Source: Macrostomum hystrix (Eukaryota > Animalia > Platyhelminthes). From it: DNA of 64,000 nt. A program made the translations under genes and the position numbers. Of this stretch, positions 23,875-37,191 are shown one piece after another. Location: contig CATNEN010000001.1 of the NCBI GenBank assembly GCA_950097015.1, positions 6,634,001-6,698,000 of the forward strand, written 5' to 3'. The stretch's first letter is position 1, and the number at the start of each line of letters is the position of its first letter. The notes below the pieces were generated by a model. It worked only from the letters and a program-made list of their open reading frames with translations, made no database searches and was not told where the DNA came from.

Positions 23875-24415
23875 AAATGAAGTGAACCTGAAGTGAACCT
23901 GAAGTGAACCTGAAGTGAACCTGAAGATTTCAGTAAAGGAGGGAATTGGTAGAAATAAGGACAACCTGAAGTGAACCTGAAGTGAACCTGAAGATTTCAG
24001 TAAAGAAGGGAATTGGTAGAAATAATGACAACCTGAAGTGAACCTGAAGTGAACCTGAAGACATCATGAAGTGAACCTGAAGATTTCAGTAAAGGAGGGA
24101 ATTGGTAGAAATAATGACAACCTGAAGTGAACCTGAAGTGAACCTGAAGACATCATGAAGTGAACCTGAAGATTTCAGTAAAGGAGGGAATTGGTAGAAA
24201 TAATGACAACCTGAAGTGAACCTGAAGATTTCAGTAAAGGAGGGAATTGGTAGAAATAATGACAACCTGAAGTGAACCTGAAGTGAACCTGAAGACATCA
24301 TGAAGTGAACCTGAAGATTTCAGTAAAGGAGGGAATTGGTAGAAATAATGACAACCTGAAGTGAACCTGAAGTGAACCTGAAGATTTCAGTAAAGGGAGG
24401 CATTGGTAGAAATGA
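23875..24415. repeat. Composite minisatellite built on TGAAGTGAACC
   Basis: Direct inspection. Confidence 0.93.
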
Positions 24416-24435
24416 ATTCAAGCAAATAACAGTAC

Positions 24436-25075
24436 CTTAACACTAGTTGAAGGAGTCATTCCGGGTGAGAAGTCCAATGGCTTTGACGGCTGTGGCGGCT
24501 TTTGAGTCTCCTGAGGCGACGGACTCCTAGCAGAAGCTGGTTTGACAGCATCGGGTTGTTCAACCCTAGGCTCGGTTTCAGCAGCCACCGATTCTTCAGC
24601 GGCTGCAGCCGCGGCGGCGACGGCAGCGGCGGACGCGGCAGCCGCAGCTTCGGCTCGTTGTCGTCGCCGTTCGGCCACCCTGCTCAAAGCCGGATTCGAA
24701 CTCCTAACCTCGTCGGCGTCTTCTTCGACGACGCTAGACTGAGACGTCGGGGCGGGCGGCGGGGCGTCTGGCTGCGGCTGTTCCTCCATGGGCGGAGTCA
24801 GCTGTTTCGCAGGCGGTACAGCGGCTGCGGAGGCTGCGGTCGAGGATCCGATACCGGATCGAAAACGCGGCGACACTGGAGGACGCGAAGCTGCGACAGC
24901 TAATGCTGAGTCATCTGAAGATGCGGTGTCAGCGGCGGCGGCTGCGGCTGCAGCAGCAACAGTGGCTGAAGATTCGGCAGTTGGTTTGGGCAGAGATTCT
25001 GGATGTTTCTCAATTTCCGAGGTCTTGCTGGTCAGGTCGTGTCTTTCGGATTGAGTCACGCGTGTCACCGAGCTC
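24436..25075 (-). CDS. PPP1R12A: MYPT1-like gene, Ala/Pro-rich central exon
   Basis: gatcag|(R)SSVTRVTQSERHDL...STSVK|gtactg; 640 nt, phase 2-0. Confidence 0.82.
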
Positions 25076-25194
25076 CTGATCAGTTTGTTCACATTGTGTA
25101 TAGTCATTTTAATATAAATAAGCAATAAATTTTCTTAGGAGAGAAGCTGCAAAAGCTACTGAATTCTTGAAATCGAACGATCAGAACATTTATT

Positions 25195-26047
25195 GACACA
25201 ATCTGAGCACCTGAAGATAATAGAGACACAATCTGAGCACCTGAAGATAATAGAGACACAATCTGAGCACCTGAAGATAATAGAGACACAATCTGACCAT
25301 CTGATGATAATAGAGACACAATCTGACCATCTGAAGATAATAGAGACACAATCTGACCATCCGAAGATAATAGAGACACAATCTGACCATCCGAAGATAA
25401 TAGAGACACAATCTGACCATCTGAAGATAATAGAGACACAATCTGACCATCCGAAGATAATAGAGACACAATCTGACCATCCGAAGATAATAGAGACACA
25501 ATCTGACCATCCGAAGATAATAGAGACACAATCTGACCATCTGAAGATAATAGAGACACAATCTGACCATCCGAAGATAATAGAGACACAATCTGACCAT
25601 CTGAAGATAATAGAGACACAATCTGACCATCCAAAGATAATAGAGACACAATCTGAGCATCTGAAGATAATAGAGACACAATCTGAGCACCTGAAGCTAA
25701 TAGAGACACAATCTGACCATCTGAAGATAATAGAGACACAATCTGAGCATCTGAAGATAATAGAGACACAATCTGAGCACCTGAAGATAATAGAGACACA
25801 ACCTGACCATCTGAAGATAATAGAGACACAATCTGACCACCTGAAGATAATAGAGACACAATCTGACCACCTGAAGATAATAGAGACACAACCTGACCAT
25901 CCGAAGATAATAGAGACACAATCTGACCACCTGAAGATAATAGAGACACAATCTGACCACCTGAAGATAATAGAGACACAACCTGACCATCTGAAGATAA
26001 TAGAGACACAATCTGAGCACCTGAAGATAATAGAGACACAATCTGAG
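25195..26047. repeat. 30-bp minisatellite (ATCTGACCATCTGAAGATAATAGAGACACA)
   Basis: Direct inspection; explains the ORFs at 25104-26335. Confidence 0.97.
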
Positions 26048-27077
26048 GATGAAAATGTTTTGTACACTTAAAAAAATGCGAAGGAATAAAAGTTTTTTAA
26101 GCATAACTTCTAGGTTTTTATTGTAAAATGACGTGAACTTTAAGCAAAAGATTTGGTTTAAAATCTGGTTATAAAACGGGAACTTAACTTGGTTAGACGA
26201 AAATATAATTTGATATGCTATTTTTAGAAATCGAATTCTTAGAAATTTCTGCCTTTTTATCAGAATACATGGGTCTGCGATCATCCAGTAATGCAGAATA
26301 TAATACTCTAGAACCAAGCCCAGAGGGCGACGCATGAAAAGGGCAAACCTCCGGGTCTAGAAGAGGGAGAAAAAAAACTGGGATTCTACAGGAAAGAATA
26401 GGGACGCGGGTTGGTTTGGTTGGTTGGGGGTGGGTGACGGGGGGAAGATTTGGGAGGCATTCGCAAAAGTTGTCCGAATTCGAAGTCCCTCCCGTCATGG
26501 TCTTCGTTGGCGCAGAGGGGGGAAGCGCAGCAGATGACGTAAGCAGAAGCCAGGGTGCGGCTAAACTTTCTATTTGCAAAGATTTTTGCGCGGAAACTGG
26601 GCAACTGAACTGTACAGGGGAGAAACATACCTGGCTTCTATCGATCTATCTGTCTCTCTCTCTCTTTCACTGCCTCTGCAAACGCACAGACACACACAAA
26701 GAAATGGAACATCCTGTATGTCGCTTTCTAAATTTTCTCCTCCTCTGTCTTTCACTCTTTAACTTTCTGCAAACTCTATCCTCCCGTTTGCATTATCCTC
26801 TGCTTTTATCTAAGTCTGCTAGCCTTTTTAACAAACCGTACCGGAATACAAGTTCAAGTAAAAGAACCAACATTTTATTGTTAGAATAAAACCAGATCAG
26901 TAGATCTCCGTTTAAAATAGAAGCAAACTTCTCTTTGTCGCCCTAACATTTTTAATGCTAGCGAATTATTGGAATAGTCGGCACTTAATCTGGCCGCAAC
27001 AGATGAGATTGCCGCGATTGCATTAATTATTCTCAAACTAGGACGGCTGAAACGTGAAGTACAGGCAGAGGTAGTGA

Positions 27078-27520
27078 TATAGGTAGAGCGGGTAGCTAGA
27101 TGAAATGATGGAATGGGTAGAGCGGGTAGATAGATAGGGTGATGGAATGGGTAGAGCGGGTAGCTAGATAAGGGTGATGGAATGGGTAGAGCGGGTAGCT
27201 AGATAAGGGTGATGGAATGGGTAGACCGGGTAGCTAGATAAGGGTGATAGAATGGGTAGAGCCGGTAGATAGGGTGATGGAATGGGTAGAGCGGGTAGCT
27301 AGATAAGGGTGATGGAATGGGTAGACCGGGTAGCTAGATAAGGGTGATAGAATGGGTAGAGCCGGTAGATAGGGTGATGGAATGGGTAGAGCGGGTAGAT
27401 AGGGTGATGGAATGGGTAGAGCGGGTAGCTAGGGTGATGGAATGGGTAGAGCGGGTAGATAGATAAGGTGATGGAATGGGTAGAGCGGGTAGATAGAGTG
27501 ATGAAATGGGTAGATAAGTG
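27078..27520. repeat. ~30-bp purine-rich minisatellite (GGGTGATGGAATGGGTAGAGCGGGTAG...)
   Basis: Direct inspection. Confidence 0.93.
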
Positions 27521-27557
27521 GAAGAAGTACATTGCAATCAACAAGAGTGCAACTCAC

Positions 27558-27640
27558 CGACGAGAAGTGTAGGTCTTAGGACTGTCATCATCTTTCACGC
27601 TAGTTATGATTGGCTGTTTTGAAGATTCCTGTTTCATCAA
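27558..27640 (-). CDS. PPP1R12A: MYPT1-like gene, coding exon 5
   Basis: ttctag|LMKQESSKQPIITSVKDDDSPKTYTSR(R)|gtgagt, phase 0-2. Confidence 0.82.
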
Positions 27641-27735
27641 CTAGAAAGTAAATTAAGTTATTATTGTCAATAATTTTAACGCAGTTAGCAAATAACCAAA
27701 ATTTATACGGTAATTTCACAAATAAGTTTGCTCAC

Positions 27736-27810
27736 CTCTTTCTGTTTAGCCTGCAATTCTTTCAACAGATCGTGTAAATCTTCTTCGGCAATGTCTAGGA
27801 CAGATTGATT
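27736..27810 (-). CDS. PPP1R12A: MYPT1-like gene, coding exon 4 (end of the ankyrin region)
   Basis: taacag|NQSVLDIAEEDLHDLLKELQAKQKE|gtgagc. Confidence 0.88.
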
Positions 27811-28469
27811 CTGTTAAATAATATTAATAGTATTCAATGGTGTCACTTTTATGTACTTTAAAAGAAACTAGGTTATCGACTTTCTAAGAAATTGCTAGAC
27901 TGAGACTGTGCCTTTGACTGTACAACAGGCCGAAATTTTAATTAAATCGATAAAAAACGAAAAAAAGTAACGCAATGTGTAAAATTAACTGTCTTTATTT
28001 TATGAACTGTTTTTAGTTTCTTTGACCTAATAAAAACGATATCTTAGTAATCGTTTAGTAATTCATTTGGAAAAGGCTAAAGCATAAACTATACAGCCTT
28101 TTCTATTCTATCCAGTCCCTAGCCACAATGGGATGTGTGCTGCTGCTGCTGCTGCTGCTGCTGTTGGTAACTAGAGTGGAGGATAGGGTTCGTGGCCTAA
28201 ACCTACGCATGTGCTTGCTTGTAACAAATATAAAACTATTGTAATAGAATTAGATTGAAATTAATGATTATGATGGAAAACAGAGAGAGAGAAAAAAAAA
28301 ACTAGAAGCAGCAATTTTATTACTTTGCAGAAAAACTGGGTAGGGAATTCAATAGCTTATTGAAGAAGGCAAATTATTATATTTTCTAGAAATTAGAACA
28401 GCAAATAGAGAGAGAAGACGTAGAGACGAAGAGAGAGGAGACAAGAAATATGATAATACACATAGGGGA

Positions 28470-29295
28470 AGATACAGGGAAAGATACAAGGGAAGATACA
28501 GGGAAAGATACAAGGGAAGATACAGGGAAAGATACAAGGGAAGATACAGGGAAAGATACAAGGGAAGATACAGGGAAGATACAAAGGGAAAGAGACAGAC
28601 AGGAAGAGACAGATGGGAAGAGACAGAGAGGAAGAGACAGAGAGGAAGAGACAGAGAGGAAAAGACAGAAGAAAAGAGACAGGGGGGAAGAGACAGAGGG
28701 GAAGAGACAGAGAGGAAGAGACAGAGAGGAAGAGACAGAAGAGAAGAGACAGAAGAGAAAAGACAGAGGGGAAGAGACAGAGGGGAAGAGACAGAGGGGA
28801 AGAGACAGAGAGGAAGAGACAGAGAGGAAGAGACAGAGGGGAAGAGACAGAGGGGAAGAGACTGAGAGGAAGAGACAGAGGGGAAGAGACAGAGGGTAGA
28901 GACAGAGAGGAAGAGACAGAGGGGAAGAGACAGAGGGGAAGAGACAGAGGGGAAGAGACAGAGAGGAAGAGACAGATAGGAAGAGACAGAGGGGAAGAGA
29001 CAGATAGGAAGAGACAGATAGGAAGAGACTGAGAGGAAGAGACAGAGAGGAAGAGACAGAGAGGAAGAGACAGAGGGGAAGAGACAGAAGAGAAGAGACA
29101 GATAAGAGAGAGAGAGATGAGAAGAGACAGATAAGAGAGAGAGAGATGAGAAGAAACAGATAAGAGAGAGAGAGATGAGAAGAAACAGATAAGAGAGAGA
29201 GATGAGAAGAGACAGATAAGAGAGAGAGATGAGAAGAGACAGATAAGAGAGAGAGATGAGAAGAGACAGATAAGAGAGAGAGATGAGAAGAGACA
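28470..29295. repeat. Compound purine-rich minisatellites (GGGAAGATACA, GGAAGAGACAGAG, GAGAGATGAGAAGAGACAGATAA)
   Basis: Direct inspection. Confidence 0.95.
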
Positions 29296-29324
29296 CGAGA
29301 GTAAAGATTCCGGCAAAGCCTCAC

Positions 29325-29720
29325 CGCGTGAGTGACAGCGTGCATGTCGGCGCCATTGGCAGCTAGGACTCTGCAGGCGGCCTCCTGACCCCAATGAGCC
29401 GCCGCGTGCAACGGAGTCCAGCCGTCACAGTCGCGATCGTTGATATCAACCCCGGGGCATTGCAGAAGAGTGCTCAATACAATTGAGTAGCCTTTGGCGG
29501 CGGCAACGTGCAGAGGCGTGGCGTGAGATCGCGGATCTCGAATGCAACGATAGCGGCCTTCTTTAAGCCAGGCGCGCGCGTCCTTCTGCATCGCTAGAGC
29601 TTCAGCGTTGCGAGCTCGATTCTCATCAATTCGAGCCATGCTCTCTTTTAGCAACTGCTTCATGTCCCAGGACTCGGCTACGTCTATGGGCAGGTCGCCG
29701 TCGTTATTAGCAATGCCAAC
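29325..29720 (-). CDS. PPP1R12A: MYPT1-like gene, coding exon 3 (ankyrin repeats)
   Basis: gccag|VGIANNDGDLPIDVAE...ATPLHVAAAKGY...DCDGWTPLHAAAHWGQEAACRVLAANGADM..THA|gtgagg; 396 nt. Confidence 0.93.
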
Positions 29721-29732
29721 CTGGCACAGGAA

Positions 29733-30640
29733 GGTTCACGGGATTCTGTTCTGTTCTGGTCATTGGGGTTCACGGGATTCTGAACTTTTCTGGTCATTGG
29801 GGTTCATGGGATTCTGAATTGTTCCGGTCATTTGGGTTCACGGGATTCTGAACTGTTCTGGTCATTGGGGTTCATGGGATTCTGAACTGTTCTGGTCATT
29901 GGGGTTCACGGGATTCTGTTCTGTTCTGGTCATTGGGGTTCACGGGATTCTGTTCTGTTCTGGTCATTGGGGTTCACGGGATTCTGTTCTGTTCTGGTCA
30001 TTGGGGTTCACGGGATTCTGTTCTGTTCTGGTCATTGGGGTTCACGGGATTCTGAACTGTTCTGGTCATTCGGGTTCACGGGATTCTGAACTGTTCTGGT
30101 CATTGGGGTTCACGGGATTCTGTTCTGTTCTGGTCATTGAGGTTCACGGGATTCTGAACTGTTCTGGTCATTGGGGTTCACGGGATTCTGTTCTGTTCTG
30201 GTCATTGGGGTTCACGGGATTCTGTTCTGTTCTGGTCATTGGGGTTCACGGGATTCTGTTCTGTTCTGGTCATTCGGGTTCACGGGATTCTGTTCTGTTC
30301 TGGTCATTGGGGTTCACGGGATTCTGAACTGTTCTGGTCATTGGGGTTCACGGGATTCTGTTCTGTTCTGGTCATTGGGGTTCACAGAATCTATTAATGT
30401 CTGGTCATTGAGGTTCACGGGATTCTGTTCTGTTCTAGTCATTGGGTTTCACAGAATTTATTAACTTCTGGTTATTAGGATTCACGGGATTCTGAAATGT
30501 TCTGCTCATTGGGATTCACGGGATTCCATACTGTTCTGATTATTAGGGTTCACGGGATTCTGTACTGTTCTGATCATTGTGGTTCACAGAATCTATTAAT
30601 GTCTGGTCATTGGAGTTCACCAGATTCTGTACTGGTCTGG
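29733..30640. repeat. 34-bp minisatellite (CATTGGGGTTCACGGGATTCTGTTCTGTTCTGGT)
   Basis: Direct inspection. Confidence 0.96.
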
Positions 30641-30678
30641 TCCTTATTAAAATAATATTAATTATATGCAAGACTCAC

Positions 30679-30834
30679 TTTGGCGCCCTCCTTCAGTAGA
30701 TACTTTGCCACTTCAGTATGGCCACCCAGTGCAGTGGCATGCAGTGGTGTCCAACCTTCACTGTCTCTAGCATGAATATCAGCGCCATGTTCAATCAGAA
30801 ATTTGATCAGGTCCAGCTTGTTGTCAATGCAAGC
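30679..30834 (-). CDS. PPP1R12A: MYPT1-like gene, coding exon 2 (ankyrin repeats)
   Basis: ttttag|ACIDNKLDLIKFLIEHGADIHARDSEGWTPLHATALGGHTEVAKYLLKEGAK|gtgagt. Confidence 0.93.
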
Positions 30835-31815
30835 CTAAAATTTTAGATTGCATTGCTATAATATTTAGATTGCTATAAGCAAGCTTAATTACCCTATTGG
30901 AGAACTACAAAGAAATGTCAACCACAGAAAAAGCTAGTAGGAAGTGTCCAGAGTAACTGTAAATATAGTTAGCTACCCAAAGAAATACCTTGTGATCTAA
31001 CTATTCAGTAATTAATTTGATTGTTTAAATGTTATTAATTAATTTTATTAGCAATTAACTCAAAGGTTTTTATTATATCTTTTTAATATAACAACGAATA
31101 TATCACTTTATAAATACAGTTATTTCACTACCAGATTAAAAAATAAAATAGACAGTGGTGATGGCTATATGCAGCTAGATACCAATATTCTTATTTTTAG
31201 TAGATTATGATATAAAATGACTTCCTTGTTCTTAATTGGTTTTATGACAAATTTTTAAAGACTTAAAGCCATAGTTTGTTAACATTTGTTACTAAATTCA
31301 CCACTGAGAAATGTATATTCATGTTTTTTAATATAACTTTACTTAGCAAAGAAAAATATGAGTGTATACTATGTAGTTCTATATATGGCATCATTGCAAT
31401 TGGCACTAATTTATTTTCGTTTGGCTAATTATTTCAGTTCAAATTTGTGACAAAATTATGTTTCTGTCGCAAACATCTGTTTAAATTGTCCTCTTGGCCA
31501 TTGTCCTCTCTAAAATAACCTTAGTGGTTCTCTAAAATCATTTTTAAAAGTATAGATCAAGCTACAATTATATTATTTAAGACAGATTTAAAACAAAACA
31601 AAGTAATTAAACAAACAAAAATACATTAATGCCTATCAATCTAATGTTTCTATAACTGATTATTAACATTTAAGAATACTCATATATAAAAAGGACTTGT
31701 TTATTCATAGCAACAAAAACTAGATCTAAAATATATATACTTCATTGTCTGTACACATAAAGGATTAAACATCAAATATATAAATAAAAAACAAAAGACA
31801 CTGCTAATTACTAAC

Positions 31816-32073
31816 CTGATGCAAGGCTGTAAGACCATCAATGTTGCTAGTGTTTATATCAACTTTATCATTAAGAAATCTTTCGATCTCATCATAATCA
31901 GTTGCGTTGCAAGCAGCAAGAAAGGCAACTTCTGGTTTAAACTTTACTTTTTGAGGATTCTTTACACTTGATGATGCTTTGCTAGCTTCTGAGGCATCCC
32001 ATGCAGTTAGCTGTTCTTTTCTCTTGTGCAAATTATTAACAGGAGTTGCGTTTCCATTTCCACTTGTACCCAT
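31816..32073 (-). CDS. PPP1R12A: Myosin phosphatase targeting subunit (MYPT1/Mbs/MEL-11 family), coding exon 1
   Basis: MyPhoNE-like KRKEQLTAW, PP1-binding KVKF, then FLAAC...N.DGLTALHQ|gttagt. All downstream exons join in frame. Confidence 0.92.
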
Positions 32074-33699
32074 GTCGACAAAGATACTTTAAAGTAAGTG
32101 CCGTCGCACTTTATTGAGTCTAACGTCTAGAAGTACTCGTCTACACAGCAAATCGACAGATTGTAACCAGATAAAGTGTCAATGCTTGTCGCAAGTTCTA
32201 ACGAGACACATATCACAATGTATAGATAATATTTATTGAAAATATTTTGGTAATTCCTACAGCTACATTTTGTTTAAGATAAAAACTGACAAAAATATAC
32301 AAATAAACTTGGGATAGCTGTTTCTAAACGGTTCTAGGAATAACTTTCTAAGAAGTGTGTACTGTGAATCTTAAATTTCCACAAATTTTAAGTTTTCAAG
32401 CTGTAAATAAAAACAAATCAGTTGGCACTTAAAGATTAAAAACGATTAACAGATATTGCTTATAACTTTATCTATGAAAAAAACTAGTTCTAAATAGTAA
32501 AAACAATTAGGCAATGGTCACGGTTTGTTATGCTCTGCGTAAAACCTGTTATCGTGCAAAAGTTTCCAGATGGCCGCTTTGGATATGTAAACATTGTTGG
32601 CGATTCCATACTTTTTTTTGTCTTTTGATAGCAACATTTAATTAATTTCCTAGTTTTCTAATCAATTATTAGTGTTGGGAAGATAATGCATTTCGATCGC
32701 TTCTGAAATAGTACCTTCGATGCGCGATAGCTTTCTGCAGCCTTTCCTAAACGATCTGATTGACGATGTCAAGCTTAACTAGGGTTAGCAGAACAATGAA
32801 CAGCTAATATTGGCGTGACTAATTATTATAAAACAATTTTTTCTCTTATACTTATAGATCTTTATTTTGAGGTAATAAACCGTAAAACCAAAAAATGGTG
32901 TGCAATGGTTCCATTATTAATAAAGCATTGCTTATGATCTATCTGATCCATCTTCTCGTACATCAGATCGTCATTTAACTCTTAAGATCTAAGAAAAGTA
33001 CATTAGAACTTTATTAGTTGTCTTGTTTTTTACTTCATATTTTATTTAATATTTAATATTTTAATATTTTAATATTTTATTAATATTTAATATTTTATTT
33101 AACACTATTTTATACAAAATAGTAAGTGATGAGATCGTGAACGTGCGCAAAGCTCTTCAGATTTCGCATATCACATCTTAATAAAAGCTATACACTGTAT
33201 TAAATAAAGACATAAAACAGAAAGTGAGAATAATTATAATAATGATAGCAAATCAGATATACTTTTCATTTAAAAAAGAATCTGCTAAAGTAGGCCTAAA
33301 TTAGCATTAACTTGAATATTGAAAATTTGATTGAACAGCAGAGTTGAAGCTACCGATATAGCCTTAAAACAAAATGTGATGGTGTAATACAATAGACAAT
33401 ACTGTAAGCAATTCACAAAATTTCTTGAATACGTCAGATAAATTCGCACTTATCGAAAAAAGAATTAACTGTCTATCGCCATCTCGAGTAACTTCCATAT
33501 TGGTGGCCTTTACAAAGCATTCAAAAGGAATACAATGGCTTGCGCAATGTAGCAAGAAGAAAGGTCAGAACAGTATTTGCTTGTCTTTTTGCTACATATG
33601 TTTACGCATTTCGGCTATTTTCATCTGACGTTAAAAAACAATGCACCAGTACTTCGATTTTTTTAAAAGAAGGAATTGCGCAGCTAAGCTTGTCTGAAA

Positions 33700-35975
33700 A
33701 AAGGCCTTCCCTGTCTAACAGGTGAGTGCGAGTCTAACAGAACAGAAGGCCTTCCCTGTCTAACAGGTGAGTGCGAGTCTAACAGAACGGAAGGCCTTCC
33801 ATGTCTAACAGGTGAGTGCGAGTCTAACAGAACGGAAGGCCTTCCCTGTCTAACAGGTGAGTGCGAGTCTAACAGAACAGAAGGCCTTCCCTGTCTAACA
33901 GGTGAGTGCGAGTCTAACAGAACAGAAGGTCTTCCCTGTCTAACAGGTGAGTGCGAGTCTAACAGAACAGAAGGTCTTCCCTGTCTAACAGGTGAGTGCG
34001 AGTCTAACAGAACAGAAGGCCTTCCCTGTCTAACAGGTGAGTGCGAGTCTAACAGAACAGAAGGCCTTCCCTGTCTAACAGGTGAGTGTGAGTCTAACAG
34101 AACAGAAGGCCTTCCCTGTCTAACAGGTGAGTGCGAGTCTAACAGAACAGAAGGCCTTCCCTGTCTAACAGGTGAGTGCGAGTCTAACAGAACAGAAGGC
34201 CTTCCCTGTCTAACAGGTGAGTGCGAGTCTAACAGAACAGAAGGCCTTCCCTGTCTAACAGGTGAGTGCGAGTCTAACAGAACAGAAGGCCTTCCCTGTC
34301 TAACAGGTGAGTGCGAGTCTAACAGAACAGAAGGCCTTCCCTGTCTAACAGGTGAGTGCGAGTCTAACAGAACAGAAGGCCTTCCCTGTCTAACAGGTGA
34401 GTGCGAGTCTAACAGAACAGAAGGCCTTCCCTGTCTAACAGGTGAGTGCGAGTCTAACAGAACAGAAGGCCTTCCCTGTCTAACAGATGATTGCGAGTCT
34501 AACAGAAGGCCTTCCCTGTCTAACAGATGATTGCGAGTCTAACAGAAGGCCTTCCCTGTCTAACAGATAAGTGCGAGTCTAACAGAAGGCCTTCCCTGTC
34601 TAACAGATGATTGCGAGTCTAACAGAAGGCCTTCCCTGTCTAACAGATGATTGCGAGTCTAACAGAAGGCCTTCCCTGTCTAACAGATGATTGCGAGTCT
34701 AACAGAAGGCCTTCCCTGTCTAACAGATGATTGCGAGTCTAACAGAAGGCCTTCCCTGTCTAACAGATAAGTGCGAGTCTAACAGAAGGCCTTCCCTGTC
34801 TAACAGATGAGTGCGAGTCTAACAGAAGGCCTTCCCTGTCTAACAGATGAGTGCGAGTCTAACAGAAGGCCTTCCCTGTCTAACAGATGAGTGCGAGTCT
34901 AACAGAAGGCCTTCCCTGTCTAACAGGTGAGTGCGAGTCTAACAGAACAGAAGGTCTTCCCTGTCTAACAGGTGAGTGCGAGTCTAACAGAACAGAAGGT
35001 CTTCCCTGTCTAACAGGTGAGTGCGAGTCTAACAGAACAGAAGGCCTTCCCTGTCTAACAGGTGAGTGCGAGTCTAACAGAACAGAAGGCCTTCCCTGTC
35101 TAACAGGTGAGTGCGAGTCTAACAGAACAGAAGGCCTTCCCTGTCTAACAGGTGAGGGCGAGTCTAACAACAGAAGGCCTTCCCTGACTAACAGGTGAGT
35201 GCGAGTCTAACAGAACAGAAGGCCTTCCCTGACTAACAGGTGAGTGCGAGTCTAACAGAACAGAAGGCCTTCCCTGTCTAACAGATGATTGCGAGTCTAA
35301 CAGAAGGCCTTCCCTGTCTAACAGATGATTGCGAGTCTAACAGAAGGCCTTCCCTGTCTAACAGATGATTGCGAGTCTAACAGAAGGCCTTCCCTGTCTA
35401 ACAGATGATTGCGAGTCTAACAGAAGGCCTTCCCTGTCTAACAGATGATTGCGAGTCTAACAGAAGGCCTTCCCTGTCTAACAGATAAGTGCGAGTCTAA
35501 CAGAAGGCCTTCCCTGTCTAACAGATGAGTGCGAGTCTAACAGAAGGCCTTCCCTGTCTAACAGATGAGTGCGAGTCTAACAGAAGGCCTTCCCTGTCTA
35601 ACAGATGAGTGCGAGTCTAACAGAAGGCCTTCCCTGTCTAACAGGTGAGTGCGAGTCTAACAGAACAGAAGGCCTTCCCTGTCTAACAGGTGAGTGCGAG
35701 TCTAACAGAACAGAAGGCCTTCCCTGTCTAACAGGTGAGTGCGAGTCTAACAGAACAGAAGGCCTTCCCTGTCTAACAGGTGAGTGCGAGTCTAACAGAA
35801 CAGAAGGCCTTCCCTGTCTAACAGGTGAGTGCGAGTCTAACAGAACAGAAGGCCTTCCCTGTCTAACAGGTGAGTGCGAGTCTAACAGAAAGCCTTCCCT
35901 GTCTAACAGATGATTGCGAGTCTAACAGAAGGCCTTCCCTGTCTAACAGGCAAGTGCGAGTCTAACAGAAGGCAT
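33700..35975. repeat. 45/40-bp satellite in alternating blocks (GTGAGTGCGAGTCTAACAGAACAGAAGGCCTTCCCTGTCTAACAG)
   Basis: About 31 units of the 45-mer type and about 20 of a 40-mer variant. Confidence 0.97.
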
Positions 35976-36339
35976 TCTTATCTGATTTATTCTGAATTTC
36001 TAAACAGCCAATTGAAAAAATGTCTTTTTCTTGCAAATGATTGATTTCTAAAAATAAAAAAACCATATTTTCTGTAATCTGAAATGAAACCGGTACTAAT
36101 TGAATCCAAATCTTTGGAGAATTCGATTTCGTATCGCATGCGTCAGGAAAACCTATTGAAAAAACAAATACAAGCTAATTGAGTTCTGTTAATAATTGAT
36201 CATATTTTTTCATGAGACACTAATTAAACCTCTGACAGCAGTGCCGTCTCGAACGCGTTATAGCACGTTCGGTTAGCTTGTTTTATTTGACGAAATAGAG
36301 TTTAAAACAGAGACAAACATACTGACAGATAGTCAGAAA

Positions 36340-36538
<199 letters not shown>

Positions 36539-37191
36539 TTAAGATACAAACAAAGACAAAAGCAGCATGACAAAAACAGCATGACAAAAGCAGCATGACA
36601 GCAAAAGCGGAAAGCATTGTATTTCAAACAGTGGTCATTCTGCAAGCAGGGACGAGCTGACGAAGGAAAGAGAAATGGCACCCCAGCTAGGGGGGTAGGT
36701 AAATATGAGGCGGGATTTCCTGGCTGATATTGAGCAAAAGAAGATTGCTAGAAAAAAAGAGAAATAGAGAGAGAGGGAGAGAGTGGGGAGCGGCAGACAG
36801 TTGGCTGGGATGATTCCGAGGATTAGAATTTTTCAGGAAGAGCTTCATCTATCCGCAGCGTCCGAGAGCTTGCGGATGTGAAGTATGAAATAATAGATTC
36901 CATCAAAATTAACCCTTCACTTTAAGGAAATAGGCAATGATGGACTGTGGCGGCCGCGACTACGATAAAGGGATTAGGAAGGTCACATTTTAAGTGCAGG
37001 GTGTCGGATGAGACCGTTTTAGTAAGTATGCTCATTTTTATTCGAAGATTGATTTTATTGCAGAAAAGTAAATATTTTATTTAGTCCTACTTTAAATTAA
37101 ATCAGATAAAATTGTAATTAACAATAAATAATAAAAAAATTTTAAACTGAAGATGGTTCTATATAAAAACACTAAAATAGTCTAGTTACGC

